Shown in pieces: positions 48,306 through 52,568 of a DNA stretch of 52,568 bases. Positions within the stretch are counted from its first letter, which is position 1. Each line of letters opens with the position of its first letter. The notes beneath the pieces are model-generated. The model ran no database searches, was not told where the DNA came from, and worked only from the letters and a program-made list of their open reading frames with translations. This stretch comes from Saprospirales bacterium (GTDB lineage Bacteria; Bacteroidota; Bacteroidia; Chitinophagales; JADJOU01): positions 1-52,568 of the forward strand of contig CANHJR010000001.1 of the NCBI GenBank assembly GCA_947461165.1. Direction: 5' to 3'. A program made the position numbers and the translations under genes.

Positions 48306-50105
48306 TTAGGATAGACTCTGTAAATCCACCATTTTCTTATAGTCCTCTGAACTAGAATAAAGCTCTTCGTGTGAACCGGTGGCTATCAGTCGCCCTTGTT
48401 TCATTACGAGAATGCAATCTGCATTTCGAACGGTACTAAGTCGATGAGCAATCACAATACTGGTTTTGTTTTGTAAGAGGTTGTCCATTGCTAGCTGGAC
48501 TTCATGTTCATTTTGACTATCTAGTGCAGAGGTAGCTTCGTCCATAAGAACGATCTCAGGATTGCGGTACGCAACACGCGAAATAGTGAGCCTTTGTTTT
48601 TCACCACCACTCAAAAAAGCCCCTCGTTCTCCTATTACCTTTGATCCCAGTTTATGTGCAAAAGATTCTGAGTTGCCGATAACTAAAGCCTGATCTACGT
48701 TTATTTTTCTGGCATCAAATGATATGTTTTCAGAAATAGAATAGTTAAACAAGATCGCTTCTTGCGAAACCAAGCCAAATAAATCTCTATAATCTTTTAA
48801 GGAATATTGACCTATTAATTCATTATCCAACCTGACCTCACCTTCAGCTTGAACAAATCCGAGAATAATATCGAGCAAGGTGCTTTTGCCAGCTCCTGAT
48901 TGGCCTACAATGGCATATTTTTTACCTTTGAGAAATTCGTAGTTGAAGTTGCTAATGGCAGCAGCAATAGTATTTGGGTATGTGTATGAAATATTAGATA
49001 ATGTTAATGATTTTTCAAAACATGAAATTGGCAAACCATTCTTATTTGCTTGCACAGATTCCTCTTGAAAAATTGTTTGTATTCTATCATAGGAGGCCAT
49101 CCCTTTCTTGATTTCATATACAGCACTTGCAAAAGATTTTGCCGGAGGTATCAATTGAGAAAAAACAACCATAAATGAAATGAAAATTGGAGCAGTCAGG
49201 TCGCTTCCATTTAGTACAAGATTCCCTCCAAACCATAACACAATACAGACAACAATTATCGCCAAAAACTCGGTCAATGGTGAAGATAGATCTCGTTTAC
49301 GATAGATGGAATTGAAGGTGTCGAAATAGGCCTTGTTTTCAATGGAGAATTTATCGTAAATCCAGTCTTGGGAAAAATATGATTGAATGATTTTGATTCC
49401 TGAGATCGTTTCATCAAGAATAGCTGTCAATCGACCTAGAACCTCTTTACCTTGGGCGTTTTCTTTTTTCAAACTCTTTCCAATTCGTCCAATAAAAAGG
49501 GCCATTACCAAAATCATTGCAAAAACAAAAAGCGTCAACTTTACACTCATAAAAAGCATGGCGCCTAGAAACAAAACAATATTTAATGGGGATTGAATCG
49601 AGGTCTCCAATGTATTCATGATACTGTATTCAATCTCGGTAAGGTCAGAGGTGAACTTGGTTATTAAATCTCCTTTGGATTGTTTATGAAAAAAGGAAAC
49701 GGGGAGATTCAGAAGTTTTTGAAACAATCGATCGCGTAGATCAAAAATCAATCGATTTCGCAGTGGCGAAAGGACATACAATGCTAGATATCGAAACAGA
49801 TTTTTGAGTAAGAAAACGCATGACACGATGACACAGAAAAAACCCAATGCGGCTACCTTGCCAGCGGTAATTATTTTTATAGAAAGGTAGTAGTAAAAAT
49901 TTTGAACAAAATAACTAGTCGATATCGTAAAAGCAGGCTTCTCTGAAACCAACGGTGTTTTGTCAAAAAGCAGCTCTAGAAATGGAACCAAGAGCACCAA
50001 GCTAACCAATGAAAACACAACTGTCAATACGCTAAAAATAGCAAACAAAAAAACGTATTTTCTATAGGGTAAAACTTGGCGAATAAGAGTTAGGTAGGAT
50101 TTCAA
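48306..50105 (-). CDS. ABC transporter, fused permease/ATP-binding protein (MsbA-like exporter)
   Basis: Six-TM domain, Walker A GQSGAGKST, signature LSGGEKQR and Walker B IVLMDEATSALD. The TTG start overlaps the methyltransferase TGA stop (TTGA). Confidence 0.9.
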   Translation of the reverse strand: MKSYLTLIRQVLPYRKYVFLFAIFSVLTVVFSLVSLVLLVPFLELLFDKTPLVSEKPAFTISTSYFVQNFYYYLSIKIITAGKVAALGFFCVIVSCVFLLKNLFRYLALYVLSPLRNRLIFDLRDRLFQKLLNLPVSFFHKQSKGDLITKFTSDLTEIEYSIMNTLETSIQSPLNIVLFLGAMLFMSVKLTLFVFAMILVMALFIGRIGKSLKKENAQGKEVLGRLTAILDETISGIKIIQSYFSQDWIYDKFSIENKAYFDTFNSIYRKRDLSSPLTEFLAIIVVCIVLWFGGNLVLNGSDLTAPIFISFMVVFSQLIPPAKSFASAVYEIKKGMASYDRIQTIFQEESVQANKNGLPISCFEKSLTLSNISYTYPNTIAAAISNFNYEFLKGKKYAIVGQSGAGKSTLLDIILGFVQAEGEVRLDNELIGQYSLKDYRDLFGLVSQEAILFNYSISENISFDARKINVDQALVIGNSESFAHKLGSKVIGERGAFLSGGEKQRLTISRVAYRNPEIVLMDEATSALDSQNEHEVQLAMDNLLQNKTSIVIAHRLSTVRNADCILVMKQGRLIATGSHEELYSSSEDYKKMVDLQSLS

Positions 50106-51109
50106 TGGATGTCGTTTTTTTGAATTACATGAAGGTATTCAATCGTTTCATTGGTTGCAAATGTCCGATTGGTGGATTTATCAGCCTTGAATCGTGCATA
50201 TTTTTGGGTAAATATGCGATAACTGCCATATTTGGACATAATATTTTTGATGGTTTCGGGCGACATCAAGCCCTCATTATTATAACTGAGGAATATATAT
50301 TTAAAATTGGCTTTTGAGATGAGGTCTTCAAAAGAATTGGAAACGAGATTTTTTTTACAATAGTTCGACTTCCCATATTCTCTCAATCCTGTTTTGCCTT
50401 TTGGTAAAAATTCGTCATATCGAGCAATCGTATTCAATAGATGATAATTAGCACCATACTCGCGGGCATTGTATGGTGGATCTAGGTACAGGATATCTCC
50501 TTTTATTTTTTCTATCAGGAGATTGGCATTTTCATTATATACAAGGTGCGAAGAACCCGTGTTTTCAAATTCTGCAGGCTTCAGAACAAATTCTTTGCGT
50601 GCTGTCGATTTTATTTTTTTCAAATATGCACCATAAACAGAGGCAGTATTCGCAACCTTGTCAGCACTCTCAACAAGCGATGCTAGAAGATGAAAATAAA
50701 CCGTTGTATCTATTTTTTTTTCCTCGTTCCATACTTCAATTTTCTGACGGATCGCATCTATTTTTTTTCCATTCGATTCTGAAAAATAGCATCTATTTTC
50801 AGAACCATTTTCAGAATACTGATTAAAAATGAAGCCTTGAATTGGAGCTAGATTGTTAAGATCGTCAAATAGTTCTTTGCATTCTATGCGCGTATGGTTG
50901 CCAATGTAATTCTGAAGTAACACATAGCTGTAATACTCCAAATCATTTGAAATAACCTGATGAACCATGGTTTTGAAGGATCGCCCTACAGCTCCTGTCC
51001 CAGCGAATAAGTCACAAAAAACGAAGTTGGAAAGATCGTTCCCAACAACTTTTCGAATAGATTGATCTATGAAATCAGCGAGTCTATATTTCGAACCAAT
51101 ATAATTCAA
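50102..51109 (-). CDS. D12-class (Dam-like) N6-adenine DNA methyltransferase
   Basis: NYIGSKYRL N-terminus, AdoMet motif FCDLFAGTGAVG and catalytic motif LYLDPPYNA near the C-terminal third (alpha-group order). The start appears to be TTG at 51109-51107; there is no in-frame ATG upstream before the E2 stop. Confidence 0.85.
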   Translation of the reverse strand: MNYIGSKYRLADFIDQSIRKVVGNDLSNFVFCDLFAGTGAVGRSFKTMVHQVISNDLEYYSYVLLQNYIGNHTRIECKELFDDLNNLAPIQGFIFNQYSENGSENRCYFSESNGKKIDAIRQKIEVWNEEKKIDTTVYFHLLASLVESADKVANTASVYGAYLKKIKSTARKEFVLKPAEFENTGSSHLVYNENANLLIEKIKGDILYLDPPYNAREYGANYHLLNTIARYDEFLPKGKTGLREYGKSNYCKKNLVSNSFEDLISKANFKYIFLSYNNEGLMSPETIKNIMSKYGSYRIFTQKYARFKADKSTNRTFATNETIEYLHVIQKNDIH

Positions 51110-51135
51110 GGTATGAAATCTAGAGTTCAGTGAAA

Positions 51136-52473
51136 TTAAATGCCTCTTTTGGTGTCGAAGTTTTCAAGAATCTCAGCGAGACGCTTTACAAAACTTCCTC
51201 CAAGCATGCCATCAACTACCCGATGATCATAGCTATGGGAAAGATACATCATGCTTTTGATTCCAATAACATCGCCTTCCGGCGTTTCTATTACCACGGG
51301 TTTTTTGACAATCGCACCGACTCCCATGATTGCTACTTGAGGCTGATTGATGATTGGTGTTCCGAATAAATTTCCAAAACTCCCTAGATTGGTCATGGTA
51401 TACGTTCCTCCAGAAATCTCATCTGGCTTCAATTGATTTGCTTTTGCTCGCCTACCGAGATCATTCACTTTTTTGGCTAGACCTAAAAGATTTAGTTGAT
51501 CTGCATTTTTGATCACAGGTACGATTAGATTTCCATCGGGCAAGGCGGCTGCCATCCCAATATTTATATCTTTTTTAAGTAGAATATTATCACCATCTAT
51601 AGAGCTATTGATCATTGGAAACTCTGAAATAGTCATCGCAATAGCTTCTATGAGAATAGGCGTAAAAGTCAGGTTTTCGCCGTATTTTTCTTTAAAACTA
51701 TTCTTCATTTTATTTCTCCATAGGACAATATTGGTCATATCTGCCTCTACAAAGGAGCATACATGAGGAGAGGTCTGAACAGACTTAACCATATGATCCC
51801 CAATCAGTTTTCTGGTTCTATCCATTTTTTTCACCTCAATATTCGGACCGAAATTAACTGCTTTTTCAACTTGAGCAGCAGGAGTTGCAGAAGCAGAAAT
51901 AATTGCCTCTGGTGTAGATGTTTTAATTGCTGTCGAGACCGGCGGCAATCCTCTGGTTTTAAGATACGCGACGACATCATCCTTGGTCAGTCGTCCAGCT
52001 TGCCCAGTACCTTGAATAGTAGCTAATTCATTTTTTGAAATTCCCTCCTCCTTGGCTATATTGAGAACAAGAGGGGAATAAAAACGATCACCATTCAGGA
52101 ATATTGGATCAGAAGTGACCTTGTAACTGATTGTCGCTTCAATCTTTTCCATTTCATTTTCTACAATTTTTTCAATTTCTGGCTCCTTTTTTGTTGTTTC
52201 TTCTTTAGGGGTTACAGCCTCATTCTCATCTCCTCCTGTGGATATAATTGCAAATGCGGTACCTACAGGAACGACATCATTATCGTTGAATAATTTTTTA
52301 TAAAGTGTTCCCGACGTTGTGCTTGGAACTTCGCTATTTACCTTGTCAGTAGCTACTTCCACCAGATTTTCATCTATAGCTATAGGTTCACCAACGTTTT
52401 TAGACCAGGAAATCAAAGTTGCTTCAATAATACCTTCTCCCATTGCTGGAAGCAAAACCTCTACTAATGCCAT
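51136..52473 (-). CDS. 2-oxoacid dehydrogenase complex E2 component (dihydrolipoamide acyltransferase)
   Basis: Lipoyl domain (LPAMGEGI...EVATDKVNSEV), peripheral subunit-binding domain (SPLVLNIAKEEGI...GTGQAGRLTKDDV) and catalytic SHSYDHRVVDG. Start trimmed to MALVEVL (ATG at 52473-52471). Confidence 0.9.
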   Translation of the reverse strand: MALVEVLLPAMGEGIIEATLISWSKNVGEPIAIDENLVEVATDKVNSEVPSTTSGTLYKKLFNDNDVVPVGTAFAIISTGGDENEAVTPKEETTKKEPEIEKIVENEMEKIEATISYKVTSDPIFLNGDRFYSPLVLNIAKEEGISKNELATIQGTGQAGRLTKDDVVAYLKTRGLPPVSTAIKTSTPEAIISASATPAAQVEKAVNFGPNIEVKKMDRTRKLIGDHMVKSVQTSPHVCSFVEADMTNIVLWRNKMKNSFKEKYGENLTFTPILIEAIAMTISEFPMINSSIDGDNILLKKDINIGMAAALPDGNLIVPVIKNADQLNLLGLAKKVNDLGRRAKANQLKPDEISGGTYTMTNLGSFGNLFGTPIINQPQVAIMGVGAIVKKPVVIETPEGDVIGIKSMMYLSHSYDHRVVDGMLGGSFVKRLAEILENFDTKRGI

Positions 52474-52568
52474 CGTATAAATATTGTAAAAGGCAAAGTT
52501 ACGCAAAATGAATAATCTGCTAGGAATCAATTTGCCTAGAAAATGATAAAAAAAGCCGTCCCTTTTGA

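Noticed and set aside
50341-50770. Homopolymeric A tracts (8-9 nt on the coding strand, around 50348, 50712 and 50761) in the methyltransferase gene as a phase-variation switch
   Set aside because: The tracts are simply runs of AAA Lys codons, common throughout this AT-rich sequence. Their length is borderline for slippage and there is no evidence of frameshifted variants. It is mentioned only as something methylome or population data could revisit.
50473-50826. 117-aa plus-strand ORF inside the methyltransferase gene; the same applies to other short antisense ORFs in the track (for example 1695..1931, 10758..11123, 29453..29752, 40713..41078)
   Set aside because: Each is nested antisense, or out of frame on the same strand, within a longer ORF that has clear family motifs. 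None shows independent coding evidence.

Overview
This is an AT-rich chromosomal segment (mid-30s %GC by eye, not computed) that looks like a Bacteroidota genome of the Flavobacteriia or Cytophagia type. The evidence for that is a T9SS 'gliding-motility-associated C-terminal domain' cargo protein, BatA/MoxR/DUF58 aerotolerance-type genes, bshC, and TAnnTTTG -7 promoter boxes upstream of several genes. I can support about 45 protein-coding genes and one tRNA-Ala(GGC). Most are housekeeping: recQ, tsaB, truA, parE, purH, meaB, an SDR-type tdh, guaB, rnz, tcdA, a 2-oxoacid dehydrogenase E2 and two MsbA-like ABC exporters. I saw no rRNA, CRISPR array, transposase, integrase, phage genes or toxin-antitoxin pairs.

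The observations most worth a second look are:
- **19982-27872:** a cluster with an SDR, a KdsC-type phosphatase and a SAF-less NeuB-like nonulosonate synthase, with no cytidylyltransferase. It is translationally coupled to two tandem paralogous GT-C-like polytopic membrane proteins. A membrane di-iron hydroxylase with a C-terminal zinc ribbon follows.
- **32474-36115:** a T9SS adhesin reading frame of about 1213 codons, broken by one in-frame TAG that sits exactly inside a repeat module.
- **50102-51109:** an orphan Dam-like DNA methyltransferase with a TTG start, wedged between the E2 gene and an ABC exporter.
- **27967-38151:** a reduced and split Bat-type module.
- **13901-16228:** a MeaB GTPase coupled to a cytoplasmic sulfatase-like enzyme.
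- **3622-4206:** a single-chain tandem ArsR regulator coupled to tsaB.

All family assignments come from motif recognition by eye. No database search was run.
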